IMG/VR virus record: IMGVR_UViG_3300003323_000567
Span: 32,001-96,000 of that record
From: a virus
Reading direction: 5' to 3' (one strand)
DNA length: 64,000 nucleotides
Part shown: positions 36,111 to 46,803 of the stretch, one piece after another
Numbering within the stretch: position 1 is the stretch's first letter
Layout: every line of letters begins with the position of its first letter
The notes under the pieces: generated by a model
The model's input: only the letters and a program-made list of their open reading frames with translations
Told to the model about the DNA's origin: nothing
Databases searched by the model: none
Position numbers and translations under genes: made by a program

Positions 36111-36111
36111 A

Positions 36112-36336
36112 TTATTTTAGGTTTGGTTCTTCTTCAGTTATTTCCCACTCAAGAGCTTCTTTCAGATCCTCTACGAATATTGGAAATATCAGACTTACTT
36201 CCCCCTCCTGAAAGTTCCCATTGGATAACCATACACCCTTGGGCCATTGAGATACCCAGTATCCAATTTGACCATCAGGGGTTTTGACTTTTATTCCTCC
36301 CAGATTGGTGCTAGGTGGCAATGCTTTTAGCTTCAT
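36112..36336 (-). CDS. hypothetical protein
   Basis: 74-aa ORF. Confidence 0.6.
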   Translation of the reverse strand: MKLKALPPSTNLGGIKVKTPDGQIGYWVSQWPKGVWLSNGNFQEGEVSLIFPIFVEDLKEALEWEITEEEPNLK

Positions 36337-36423
36337 ATTGATTTACCTCCTTTTTTAAAAGAGAACAGGGATTTCTCCCTGTCTCGTGTTGTGTCAGTGT
36401 TTGGGGTAATGGACACAGTGTAA

Positions 36424-36672
36424 CTATTTGTCAAATTTCTTGTGCATTTCAAAATCCATGCTGTCCAGGGAATAATTAACTGAATGGAGTTCGCCATTGG
36501 GCCCTAAAAAGACAAGATAAGTCATCTCCCCTCTACGTTGTTCCACAGTTTGTATAGGAGGAAACTTACTAAGATATTTGGACTTTGCCCTGTCATAGAC
36601 AAAAGTGCTCCACAGGTTACAGAAGATTACTACAGTGGCCATTACGATGAATACAATATTAAATGTTCTCAT
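36424..36672 (-). CDS. hypothetical membrane-anchored protein
   Basis: N-terminal hydrophobic helix. Confidence 0.6.
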   Translation of the reverse strand: MRTFNIVFIVMATVVIFCNLWSTFVYDRAKSKYLSKFPPIQTVEQRRGEMTYLVFLGPNGELHSVNYSLDSMDFEMHKKFDK

Positions 36673-37010
36673 ATGTTTCTTTATATTTCACTAGTTAAAA
36701 GAGGAGTGTGGAAACACCCCTCATGCTTGGTTATGGCTTTCGCCTGTTACAAGAAAGACCTCAATGTTTTGGCTCCAATACTTTGAATGTTTGGATGTGG
36801 CTTTACACGAAGGAAGGAAGCACCCAAAGATTCTCCTTCTCCCGGAATTCTTCAGGTACTAAGCTTCACTTCGTGTCATCAGCTCTGCCGATGTCTACTG
36901 TATAAAACTTTCCATGTACACGCTGCTGCGGAAAGCAAGTTTGTTCAGGTTAGTCAGTATCCAGTAGTTTCTGATAGTGCTACTAATCAGAAATGCTTTG
37001 ATCATAGTGA

Positions 37011-37418
37011 TTACTCGGGAATTTTGACAGTAATTATCACATTATTATTGTCAAATCTTACCCCCTCAATTGGGAATGCAAGTTCAAGCTTTTTTGGAGA
37101 TCTGGGTAACATCTCTGCCATTGTCCTTAGATTATCCCTTGTTTCTCTATCAGTCTGTGATTCATTTTCCCTACTTGCCCTTGGGCTGTCTATATTATTA
37201 GCCTTTCTTTTACGATTGGCCATAATGTAGGCATCTACTTCTTCAGATAACCTGTTATTTTCAGCTATGAATTCATCCTTCATTTTTCTCCTTCCCCAAT
37301 GGGGCTTTTCAAGGATCATTTGCAACTGTGTCAGTTCCTTGGCATTGAAGGGTTTCATCTCAATCGAGATGCCCTTGACTTTTCTTGAAACCTTTTTCTT
37401 GGTTTGGCCTTTTGACAT
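37011..37418 (-). CDS. hypothetical protein
   Basis: 135-aa ORF. Confidence 0.65.
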   Translation of the reverse strand: MSKGQTKKKVSRKVKGISIEMKPFNAKELTQLQMILEKPHWGRRKMKDEFIAENNRLSEEVDAYIMANRKRKANNIDSPRASRENESQTDRETRDNLRTMAEMLPRSPKKLELAFPIEGVRFDNNNVIITVKIPE

Positions 37419-37454
37419 TTTGTATGTGTTTGATTAATAAGCAATTGATGAAAA

Positions 37455-37614
37455 GGGAGTAGGCACCTTATCCATTAGGATATCGTAGGCTTGTGGACTC
37501 AAGACCAAACCGCCGTCCACTCAAGCTCAATGTGTTCAGAATCACAGGGCCACATTCCCCTGCTTCCTTAGACACCAAGCGGACAAGCCCGATTATCTTG
37601 TCTGCCATACTCCC
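37455..37614. ncRNA. candidate structured RNA with possible pseudoknot
   Basis: Closing stem GGGAGTAGGCA/TGCCATACTCCC, internal hairpins, AATGTG/CACATT cross-pairing. Confidence 0.45.
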
Positions 37615-37817
37615 CCAGAGGGTTTCCACAGAGTGGAGAAACTTTGTTTCCCAATACCCGGATTTCTTCTTCCAACAATAAAACGTGCAGACAGATTTTA
37701 ATGTGCCATACTACAGGTCTTTGCAATCATAACAATAGCCAATATGGTTCCTACGATCCCCCAGAATGCGGGTTCTCGTGATTCTCTTTTCTTTTTTATA
37801 TGTTTCATAAGGATTAG

Positions 37818-38660
37818 TTATGGGTATGGTTCCTTCTTTATCCATGAATGTCCGAAGGGATGTTTGATTCTATGCCAGGCTTTTCTGAAGAACCCCTTGG
37901 GGTAGGTAGTAAGGACTCTACAGCAGTCGTACATTTGTATAGCATAGGGATCCTTTTCAGCCCCAATGTTTAGTTCAAAGTTTACTGTAATAGGTGGAGT
38001 AATTATGTAATGACCTAGTGCCTGAAATGTGATCTGACCTCTAACAGTCCCAGAACTATCAATAGGCATTCTGAATAGCTGCATGAATGTCACATTACTT
38101 CTATACTGTGGTATAGGACAGGAAGGAGGTTGTAACCCCTCAGTTTCCTCATTATTTGCATATGCCAGATACTCCAGAACTACCATTTTTTCTACTGGTT
38201 TCATCACTGAAGATCTTTCGAATGTAACAATGGGAGAAAACGGGCACACATCCTGCATATTAGGTCCATATATCCACCATCCCCTGGTCACACTTGCTCT
38301 GAGTTGAAACTCAAAATGTGCTGCGTCTACTCTCACAGCTTTCCAATCCCATATTACAGGGTTGACTTGAGCTTGACCCAGTAGAGGAATCAGTGCTACG
38401 AGAGCCACTAATACCCTTCCTTTAAAGGATCTTCCTTTGAATTTGTCTTCCCTTGGGGATTTTTGAAACTCACTTTCAGGGCCAAAAAGTGCTGAGAAGT
38501 CCTGTTCATCGAAGGTTCCAATACATTTGCGACTATAGAAATTAAATACTTCCCATTGTCCATTTGATTGCTGCACAAAGACTTTGTCTCCCCGTGCAGT
38601 CAATATTCTCCGCCCATCAGGGTCAGTAGAAATAAAATCACTTTTAGCTCTGTAACGCAT
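37818..38660 (-). CDS. protein with DsbD N-terminal-like (Ig-fold) domain
   Basis: AQVNPVIW...A.VTRGWWIY...P.VTF...Y...VTF.Q....G.ITFQA after an internal signal-like segment. Confidence 0.55.
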   Translation of the reverse strand: MRYRAKSDFISTDPDGRRILTARGDKVFVQQSNGQWEVFNFYSRKCIGTFDEQDFSALFGPESEFQKSPREDKFKGRSFKGRVLVALVALIPLLGQAQVNPVIWDWKAVRVDAAHFEFQLRASVTRGWWIYGPNMQDVCPFSPIVTFERSSVMKPVEKMVVLEYLAYANNEETEGLQPPSCPIPQYRSNVTFMQLFRMPIDSSGTVRGQITFQALGHYIITPPITVNFELNIGAEKDPYAIQMYDCCRVLTTYPKGFFRKAWHRIKHPFGHSWIKKEPYP

Positions 38661-38777
38661 ATTGATAAGTTGATTAATGTTAATGAAAAGGGAGAGTGGA
38701 AACTCCCCCTACGTAGTGTTTGATCTGCTCCTTACGGAACTAATTTTGACTTTTTACTTTGGCCTCTAAATGTTCTT

Positions 38778-39665
38778 TTATTGGTTTTGTTCTTTCTTTT
38801 TTCTAACTGCATTGTTTCTTTTTGCGTACTGAAACTTTATTCTCGCTTCAGCACTCTTTGGTTCTATATTCAACCTTTCCCTCCTCTCAAGAATTCTCTG
38901 TTTTGTCTCTTCCAGCATCTCCTCTGTTATCTGTTCCTTGGGAAGACCAGTTTTGCTACTGGCCACAAGTCTGAGGTAATTTGGAGACAATTTCTGAGAT
39001 TGAGAGGCATATTTACCGTTTTTCTTTATGTCTTCTCTTCTTTTAAGAGTTTGTGCTCTTCTTTCTTCTATCATCTCTGGAGTAATATCTTCGTTCTTTA
39101 TGCCTGAGAGCCTGAGTAATTGTCTTACATAACAATCATCCAGATTATCTCTGTTCTTTCTTGTTGATCTTTTTGGGACTGCTCCTATCTTCTTAAGAGC
39201 TGCTAGTTTCTCAAGCCTTTCTCTTTCTGCTATTATTTCGGCTCTTTTCTCATCAATCATCCATCGTTTAACATCCTTTGCTTTCATCTTCCCTCGGGCA
39301 GTGAGGAGCTTAATAATGTAGCTATCTTCGAGGTTTAATCTGGCCTTTTCAGCCTTGATTCTGGCATCTGCTCGTCTTTTACTAGCAAATACAGGATCCT
39401 CTCTTCTCTTCTGGGAGATCTTTTTGTTGGCTCTTTTTTGATAGACTCTCCTTTTGGACTTCTTGAAAGAAGGTCTATTTTTCTTAACACATTGCTTGCA
39501 CATCTTGAGAGGTTTATGTTCACCATCTTTGTTTTTAACAAGATAGAACATATTGATGGGTAATACCCCATGTTTCTTGCACTTGGCATGTCTTAAGCCT
39601 GTTAGCTCAAATTTAATCCTGGCCTCTTCCTGGACCTTTAGTAGCTTTTCTTCTGCTGTGGGCAT
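38778..39665 (-). CDS. basic protein with CxxH/CxxC motif and three internal repeats
   Basis: Repeats NL.D.Y...LL......IT.EMIEE.R; start moved to MPTAEE. Confidence 0.7.
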   Translation of the reverse strand: MPTAEEKLLKVQEEARIKFELTGLRHAKCKKHGVLPINMFYLVKNKDGEHKPLKMCKQCVKKNRPSFKKSKRRVYQKRANKKISQKRREDPVFASKRRADARIKAEKARLNLEDSYIIKLLTARGKMKAKDVKRWMIDEKRAEIIAERERLEKLAALKKIGAVPKRSTRKNRDNLDDCYVRQLLRLSGIKNEDITPEMIEERRAQTLKRREDIKKNGKYASQSQKLSPNYLRLVASSKTGLPKEQITEEMLEETKQRILERRERLNIEPKSAEARIKFQYAKRNNAVRKKKEQNQ

Positions 39666-40044
39666 GACTGGAGTTTTTGGAGTTAAATTAAAAAATGCCC
39701 CCATGTAGAAACACAGGGGCTCTAACGATTGCTTGCCATATGAAAAAAGTGTACTGGAACCAAATGGAGGGAAATTGTTGTCCACAAATAACGGCCTCCT
39801 ATTGGGCACTCTATCAAGCTGTATTTCAACAACTTGAAACGTACATAAGCGCTCTTGGGGGATATGTTGAAACAACCCCCGCTTGGTTGGTATTCAATCG
39901 TGCAAAATATAATCTCTCTTAGTAGGGTCGGTACTTCCTTCCAACTTCACTGAAAGAAGGAGATTTTGAACATTGACCGTTGCCCTGAGAGATTTGGTAC
40001 ATTTTACACTAATCAAACACCATTAACCATTAAACCTTATCCTG

Positions 40045-40152
40045 TCATCTCTAAGGGGGTCGAACCCTTACCTTGCCTTGACACTGAGAAACAAGACTCT
40101 TTAAGAAAAACCAGCCTACAAGGACAATGCACTACCCTTATGCAAAGAGACG
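40045..40152 (-). ncRNA. tRNA-like element with enlarged anticodon arm
   Basis: CGTCTCT-TTGCATAAGGGTAGTGC-(long hairpin)-AAGGG TTCGACC CCCTT-AGAGATG-A. Confidence 0.6.
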
Positions 40153-40367
40153 AAAGAAGGAAGTAGAAACTTCCCTCAATGAGATTCCCGTGCCTCTCCG
40201 TACAAAGAGGGCTTGGAATGAAATAAATGATGACCCAACCAAAGTCACATGATATTCCGATATTATGTAAGGATTCGGACCTTACTATCCCCTTAGGGAA
40301 TACACAAGCCAGTGTAATATAAGAAGGAGGGATAAGCCCCTCCTCCCTTTTAGTTAACACTTTGTAA

Positions 40368-40910
40368 TTAAGCCTGACCCCTCATATCTGACATGTCTTG
40401 ATCAGATATGGCGGGACTTGTCGCTCTTCTGATGGTTCTAACCTGTGTTGCTCTCAGGGTTCTTGTAGCCTGATTTAACAGATCTTTTGGTACCATTTCT
40501 TCGACAGGCACTGCTATTGTCCTGAAGTCTTTATCATCTTCAGGAATCTTAGACAGAGTTGTCTTGAAATAAGTAACTTTCCCATCAATAATTCGAGGAG
40601 CTTTGTCCTCCTGATTTGCCATCTGTGGGAGTGACCACATCTCCCTGTTTATGTGGAGATTAGGTATCTCTTGTCCCACAGGGAACTGAGCAACAGTGCT
40701 GCTTCTCACGGGTTGAGTATGAGTCCTGGTATTGTCAAGACCAGTCTCTGCCCCAATTAGCTCGCCAAGAAGCTTTGAGCTCTCAGACAGGGTTTTATTA
40801 ACCCCATCTCTTCCCTTTTCAATGAAGACTACATTTGTCATCTCAGTCCATGCACCTGTGGATGGATCCTGAGTCTCAAATGTGTCCCCGTGCCTTATTA
40901 CTGTTATCAT
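40368..40910 (-). CDS. hypothetical protein
   Basis: 180-aa ORF. Confidence 0.75.
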   Translation of the reverse strand: MITVIRHGDTFETQDPSTGAWTEMTNVVFIEKGRDGVNKTLSESSKLLGELIGAETGLDNTRTHTQPVRSSTVAQFPVGQEIPNLHINREMWSLPQMANQEDKAPRIIDGKVTYFKTTLSKIPEDDKDFRTIAVPVEEMVPKDLLNQATRTLRATQVRTIRRATSPAISDQDMSDMRGQA

Positions 40911-41369
40911 TACAATGCTACAAGTGAATCAGGATTTAAAGTGTTTATAATGAACGCTGTAAACCTGACCTTCCAAGGTAGTTCGAACTATAGAGATCTC
41001 CTTCAGTTCAGATGTGTATACCCATCTTCCCCGAGGGAGAATAAGAGACAATGAAAATAGGGGCCCGGATAGACATCCAGCCCCTGGATTTGTTAAATAA
41101 TAATCTTTGAAAAACAAAAGGAAGGGAGGTAAAAACCTCTCTTCGTATTTGATTGTATTATGGTTTTCCCATTTTACAAACAAAAACTGTAGAAAAACTT
41201 CAACAAAAATATAATTACGACAGACAAACCAACATAAAATGAGTCCCCTATGAGAACATAGAGGACTTGATTGGAAGGGATTGGGCCTTTGTTGAGCTTT
41301 TGACAGACTCCCCAACCCCTCTCAATGGCTCAATGAGAAGATTGTAGCATGCTTATCTCCGCAGGGGGA

Positions 41370-41654
41370 TTAGCTTCTTTTACGTGGAATAAAAGTAACA
41401 ACATACACGTTGTTCCTTCCAACCAACTGACCCGAAGTATAAACTTTGCAGGATTTCCAATCTATGAAACCCTGTCTATGGCATTCCACATAATAAGCAT
41501 CGTCTTTGGGCAAGGTTTCTCCTTGATGTAGGGGAATCCAACGGTGCATAAGGTCGTGTAATTCTACCTTTCTCACAAACAACTTCTCTGCCTGCGCCAC
41601 ATGGTAGCATCCTATCTGGAGCTGGGGCTGAAAGCTGTAAGCCTTGGACTTCAT
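41370..41654 (-). CDS. hypothetical protein
   Basis: 94-aa ORF. Confidence 0.55.
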   Translation of the reverse strand: MKSKAYSFQPQLQIGCYHVAQAEKLFVRKVELHDLMHRWIPLHQGETLPKDDAYYVECHRQGFIDWKSCKVYTSGQLVGRNNVYVVTFIPRKRS

Positions 41655-41893
41655 ATATCTGAGGTATTGATTACAGAAAAAAGCACAGCCTCATTAGGAC
41701 AAGATTATCCAGGTTTTGGCTGTGTGATATTTAATGACACATTCTATGAGAACTAATTGTGAGCTGAGACAAAGCATACCCACTTTTACATGGATATGCT
41801 TGATAACCAAAACAATGTAAATTAAAGCAGGGAGCATAGAAATGCCCCCTCGATTGGTGATTGAAATAGTCCCATCTTTAACAGAAGGGGCCA

Positions 41894-42001
41894 TGGTTGT
41901 TCCTGCCTGAATCGAACAGACATCCTATATTGATGAAAAAGGGTTCATGTTTAAAAATACCCTTGCACCTCTATAGCGCTCTACCGTTGAGCTAAGGAAC
42001 A
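41894..42001 (-). ncRNA. tRNA-like element with enlarged anticodon arm and encoded CCA
   Basis: TGTTCCT-TAGCTCAACGGTAGAGC-(~50-nt arm)-GTCTG TTCGATT CAGGC-AGGAACA-A-CCA. Confidence 0.7.
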
Positions 42002-42926
42002 GTATAAAAGGAGAAGGAGGCCGTGGATTTAACCTCCTTTCCTAGTATGTAGTAGAAGCGTTATCCCATTAAAGAGGGTTAAAACTACTACAACCATCTT
42101 GAGAAGATAGCATAGAAAAAGAGTATGAATATGATGGCTCCTGTTATAAGGCCACTCAAATCAGTCTTCTTCTTGTATCTACGACCGTAGTTCATATTAT
42201 TGATTTAGGGGATACATTTTGAAAAAGGGCAGGTCAACTCCCGGCACCTCCCCCTTACTTTTAAGTGTTCGGAAAATTACCAATTAACTGTACTGTACAA
42301 ATGAGAGCGTCGGTTATCTGCATATGATGGGAGCTGTTCCCGACTTATCAACAGAGAAAAGAGTTAAACATGGGCCTTAGGGTTGCCCATGTTGGATTAA
42401 TGATACCCTACGTATCCCTTGGTGCCATAACAGCCACTTTTAGGACCAGTACAGGAACTCATAATCATCATACCAAGAACCAGTGCTAGGATTGCTACCA
42501 TCCATTTCTTTATCATAATATCTATTTATAGGGGTTCAAATTCTGTAGTTAAGAAGGAGAGAGAAGAATTACTCCCCTCTCCTATATTCAGAGTTATCTG
42601 GAGCACAGGATTAATCATGACATCTTCATAATGCAATTATTTCATTAGTGGAATGCCACAAGATCAGCCTTATCAGAGCGTTTTCATAGGTGGTAATTTT
42701 AGTTCTATGAGGCTCCTTTATCCCAGGTTTTCTGAGACACTCCTGTAATATCTTTACTTGTTTGTGTGACAAGGGCTAATTTGAGAAAAAACCACCCCAG
42801 GAATGAGGTGGTGAGCGTACCTATGAGAAAAAACTGGTGAGCGTGAGGATGAGTAGGGGTTCGCCCACCAGAAAGAGTTTTCCCAAGGATAGAAATCCTC
42901 GGGCTTGTGATTGAATTGATACACCT

Positions 42927-43238
42927 TTAAACACTCTTCAGTACTTTACATACCACTATATCTTCCAGCATTATTGATTCTACCATTTCCCCCAGGGGGA
43001 TAGGACAATCAACAGCATTGAAAAACAGGGTGACACGTTTATCTTTTATTAATTGAGCAAACTTAGTAGCTGCTCTTTCATGCTGATGTTGAACAAGATA
43101 GGCTATATCTATGAGATCTTCTTGTTGTCCGATGCTGACAACACTCTTAACATGTTGAATATCAAGGAGTGAGAGTAATTCCACAACAGATCTCTTAGTT
43201 ATTTTTGCTTTGAGTCTTCTTTTCGTAAGTACGCTCAT
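42927..43238 (-). CDS. hypothetical protein
   Basis: Start moved to MSVLTKRR. Confidence 0.6.
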   Translation of the reverse strand: MSVLTKRRLKAKITKRSVVELLSLLDIQHVKSVVSIGQQEDLIDIAYLVQHQHERAATKFAQLIKDKRVTLFFNAVDCPIPLGEMVESIMLEDIVVCKVLKSV

Positions 43239-43290
43239 AGGAATAATTTGGGAGAGGACTAAATATCCTCTCCTGATTAGATAGTGTGGT

Positions 43291-43464
43291 TTACTTAGTG
43301 AACTGTTGGAGCTCAATCTTGAGAGCATTAATCTCTGTAACAAGATCCTGTATCATCTGGGGGGCACCGTTCCCAGAAACCTGACCTTTGGCAACCTTTT
43401 CCTTCAGCTGCTCAAGTTGTCTTTCTTTCTCCGCTAGTTCTGCCTTTTTTTGATTGTATGTCAT
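43291..43464 (-). CDS. small coiled-coil protein (57 aa)
   Basis: Manual translation MTYNQKKAELAEKERQLEQL...QFTK*. Confidence 0.55.
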   Translation of the reverse strand: MTYNQKKAELAEKERQLEQLKEKVAKGQVSGNGAPQMIQDLVTEINALKIELQQFTK

Positions 43465-43853
43465 TATAAACTAATAATTATCATACCTGAGTCAGTTTGC
43501 CTTACACTGGGCCCTCCTGAGCCAAACCCGAAGCTGAACACTCCTTCCTTCTCGCTCTTTTCTCTCCTTTCCTTCCTGGCTTTACAATCAGGACAGGTTT
43601 CTTCATAGAGCTCTTTGTATGCTTCTTCTTTGATCGAGGCTGCATTTACTATTAGGAGAGTATACTCCTGAATGTCCTGACTAATAGAAGCACAATACTG
43701 TGCAAAGGTGAGAATGTCAGCTTTTTTATCATTAGCTTTGACTAGGGATTTTACCAAGTCTTTTGCTGATTTAATAAGCTGGTCATATCTTTCCTGTGAC
43801 AAGCCGAGACCTTCTGTGAAGGTATTTCTTGGTTCGTTTAATTTCAGTTCCAT
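43464..43853 (-). CDS. hypothetical protein
   Basis: 129-aa ORF. Confidence 0.65.
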   Translation of the reverse strand: MELKLNEPRNTFTEGLGLSQERYDQLIKSAKDLVKSLVKANDKKADILTFAQYCASISQDIQEYTLLIVNAASIKEEAYKELYEETCPDCKARKERREKSEKEGVFSFGFGSGGPSVRQTDSGMIIISL

Positions 43854-43881
43854 GGTGAGATTATTGTTTGATGTTTAAAAA

Positions 43882-44256
43882 TTATTGGTCTCTGTTTACC
43901 ATATCATCAATGGAGTTTGTCTCCCACTCACCCTTCTTTCCCTCCTTCTCCTTCTTCTTTGCCTCATATTGAGCAAGGTCATATGCCTTTAAGTTGGCAT
44001 GTAGCTCCAGCATAGAGAGGTCATATGCAAGAATTTGCTTATATTCCTCTATTTTATCACAGTTAGTGATCTTTTCAATGATCTGCTCCTTCAGCTCCCT
44101 TAGGGATACTTTGGTAGCATGTGCATTGAGAAGTTCCTTCATTAGATCCAGGCTTACTAGGGCCAGTTCTCCATTAGGAACTAATCCCGGACTGCTGAGC
44201 TGAAGTGCTGATATTTGCTTCTCTTCAGCCTTGACTGTTAATTGAGATTTTTGCAT
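43882..44256 (-). CDS. hypothetical protein
   Basis: Start moved to MQKSQL. Confidence 0.65.
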   Translation of the reverse strand: MQKSQLTVKAEEKQISALQLSSPGLVPNGELALVSLDLMKELLNAHATKVSLRELKEQIIEKITNCDKIEEYKQILAYDLSMLELHANLKAYDLAQYEAKKKEKEGKKGEWETNSIDDMVNRDQ

Positions 44257-44633
44257 GTGGCTTATATTTGGTTTGGTAATACACATAAAAATGCCAGCCA
44301 TCCAGGATAAACAGTACCCCTTTAGCTTTTCAGCTGTCCCTAACCCTAATTTAGATCATGCTTTATTGTTAATAAATTATGATTAAATATAGATTACAGC
44401 CAAAAGCAATGATAGCTGGCAAAGAATTAGTGGACCGCCCATGTATGGTAAACACTCACAGAATAGCACGGACAATCCACCAAAGAGATCACTGAGGATG
44501 GAAATCCCCAGTCTAAACCCTAACCTAATAGGCTTTGTAGCCACATGAAAAGGTTGTAGTATAATGACAGGAAATAAATCTAAGTAAAGAGTAGCCCAGT
44601 GTCAGTAGGCTACTCAGCCAGACAATCAGAGGA

Positions 44634-44996
44634 TCAATCAGTGGCTTGCTCTGCGCTTTCCAATTTCTTCAGGATGTTTATTTGCTCTTCTACACAGTTT
44701 TTGATAGTGGATTCACGTACAAATCTGTATAGGTTAGAGTTCCAGTAGCTTTTGTACAAGGGCTTGTCATAAACAGGGATAATGATGGGCCAACCATGGT
44801 CTATACGTATAAATACAGCATATAGAGCATGTTCAAGCTCATCCTCATCAGCGTCAGTATATTCCCCTTGGGAGTCTGTGACTCTGTAGACATTACCATC
44901 TTTGCCTACCTCTGTTACATTATAGAGCCCTCTGATTGTTTCGTATCCTTCTCCCTTATGGAATACAGGATCTCCTTTTTGGAATTTATGCGCCAT
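44634..44996 (-). CDS. hypothetical protein (SH3-like N-terminus)
   Basis: KFQKGDPV...Y.V......EDEL. Confidence 0.6.
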   Translation of the reverse strand: MAHKFQKGDPVFHKGEGYETIRGLYNVTEVGKDGNVYRVTDSQGEYTDADEDELEHALYAVFIRIDHGWPIIIPVYDKPLYKSYWNSNLYRFVRESTIKNCVEEQINILKKLESAEQATD

Positions 44997-45244
44997 GTTG
45001 TTGTGTTTCCTCCTGGAAAAATCTACCATGAACCCCTGCCTCGTTGGCTCTCAACTTCTTGCAATACCATACCTCTGTGCTCTCTTTTAGGGAGATCATG
45101 TACAGCCCTTCTGCTGTTACTTCAATTGTAAATACTTCGTCCTTTGGAATAAACTTCTTTTTCATGTGTTTTGGGGTTAATGTTTAATTTCCTTCTTTAA
45201 ATAGGGACCATCCTTTGTTCTAGGACAGTCCCATATACAACCAA

Positions 45245-45676
45245 TTAAACCTTAACCCATTTTGTATTAGGTGTACCTTCAACTGTGATCTTGCCATTGG
45301 CACAGAGGATTACATTCTTCAGGTTATACAATCCGCTTTTCTTTTTGAACCTGAGATTTGGAGCACTAATGGTTTTTAGCCCAGCCTCTAAATGAGAAGG
45401 GATTCCTTCTCTGTCTCCTGGCTCAAGGATCTTTTTTACTACTACTTGTTCAATAGGGCAAAAGAACAAAGTCATTGAGCTAGGTATCTGATCGTCCTCT
45501 AATTTACCCTCCACAACTCTGACACTGATAATGTCTGCCAGTACCTTTTCGTTGTGAGTTATACCAGCCTCACTCATTCTGTAGGCTAGTACATGTGGTT
45601 GTGATGCACTTGTGACCTGAATAGGTTCGGATCCCCCGAATAGTCTTTTCAGGATTTGTTTTGACTTTTCGAACAT
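45245..45676 (-). CDS. hypothetical protein
   Basis: 143-aa ORF. Confidence 0.7.
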   Translation of the reverse strand: MFEKSKQILKRLFGGSEPIQVTSASQPHVLAYRMSEAGITHNEKVLADIISVRVVEGKLEDDQIPSSMTLFFCPIEQVVVKKILEPGDREGIPSHLEAGLKTISAPNLRFKKKSGLYNLKNVILCANGKITVEGTPNTKWVKV

Positions 45677-45690
45677 ATGATAATTGATGA

Positions 45691-46176
45691 TTAAGCGTTC
45701 TTCTTGTGTTTATCAATGTGTTCTGTGAGTATAAGGGCCTCTACAGTCTCTCCGAAATTGTCTACCCTTAGGGGACATATAGAGATTACTCTCCTGCCAT
45801 CCATTCTTAACTGGTCTATTCTGCTCTCTAATGAGCCATGAATACCCTTCTTTTTCCACGGATGAGTGATTGCAATCCTTACCCCATCTCTTTTGAGATG
45901 CTCCAAGCCTTTTACGAATATCTTAGAAGTCTCATAGAGCTCCAGATTCTTCTCAAATAGTTCTCTGTTTTTACCCCTGAGATCTTCAAGCTGTTCTTGG
46001 TAGAACTCATCCATATTTCTCAATGCTCTTTCATGTTGCTTTAACAGCTTTTTAACTTCTGAACTGTGTTCATCCCTGAACTTGGTCAGTTGTCTCTTTA
46101 GCTTTGTATTCTCTTTCTTGAGTTCATGCTCATCAGGGAATAGCTCATCTGGTGGCAAGTCTTCGAACTCATCCAT
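45691..46176 (-). CDS. coiled-coil hypothetical protein
   Basis: Start moved to MDEFED. Confidence 0.65.
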   Translation of the reverse strand: MDEFEDLPPDELFPDEHELKKENTKLKRQLTKFRDEHSSEVKKLLKQHERALRNMDEFYQEQLEDLRGKNRELFEKNLELYETSKIFVKGLEHLKRDGVRIAITHPWKKKGIHGSLESRIDQLRMDGRRVISICPLRVDNFGETVEALILTEHIDKHKKNA

Positions 46177-46204
46177 AGGTAGAGTTTTTTGGTGATAAAT
46201 ATAG

Positions 46205-46471
46205 TTACAAATCGGAAACCCCATTTATGTTGAGGACAGGATCATTACTGGCTATTATTTTGGCTGATCTTCTTTGATATAAGGGCTTCTTATGCTCTAC
46301 ATTGATAAGCTCAGCAAATCGCTCACTGTCACACCTGACTATAGGATCACGACCTAAATTACCAGAGACAAAATCATATATGTAGTCTCCTACTGTAACC
46401 AGATCTTCCTGTATTGTTAGCCTGTATATGAAGTGTTTGTATGTCCTGTTTAGGAGAAGTTCTTCTTTCAT
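46205..46471 (-). CDS. hypothetical protein
   Basis: 88-aa ORF. Confidence 0.6.
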   Translation of the reverse strand: MKEELLLNRTYKHFIYRLTIQEDLVTVGDYIYDFVSGNLGRDPIVRCDSERFAELINVEHKKPLYQRRSAKIIASNDPVLNINGVSDL

Positions 46472-46803
46472 GAGATGTGCAATTTACCCTTATCAGGTCG
46501 TAATGCTACTATAAATGCATGTAGAGCTGCTCCAGTATCATCATATTCTGTGACTGTGACAGAGACTATCGTGTATTTCTCCTTAATAGCCTGTGTCACA
46601 AGCTCTAGCAGACTTATTGGCCTGGATCTTCCCTCGGGGAATTCAAATAGCTGATCCCAGTCCCATTTTATGATGCACTGGTTAAGAGCAGAATAGTTGT
46701 TTCCAGCTATTTTTATGGCATTCTTTGCAATCTCTTTAAGAGAATGCAGTTCCTCCTGGAGTAGAATTACATAGTTTTCACTATATTTTTTTTCTTCTGC
46801 CAT
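46468..46803 (-). CDS. hypothetical protein
   Basis: Start moved to MAEEKK. Confidence 0.6.
   Translation of the reverse strand: MAEEKKYSENYVILLQEELHSLKEIAKNAIKIAGNNYSALNQCIIKWDWDQLFEFPEGRSRPISLLELVTQAIKEKYTIVSVTVTEYDDTGAALHAFIVALRPDKGKLHIS

Noticed and set aside
36860-36890. Hammerhead ribozyme (CTGATGA...GAA on the minus strand)
   Set aside because: No GAAA after a proper stem II, and no stems I/III found.
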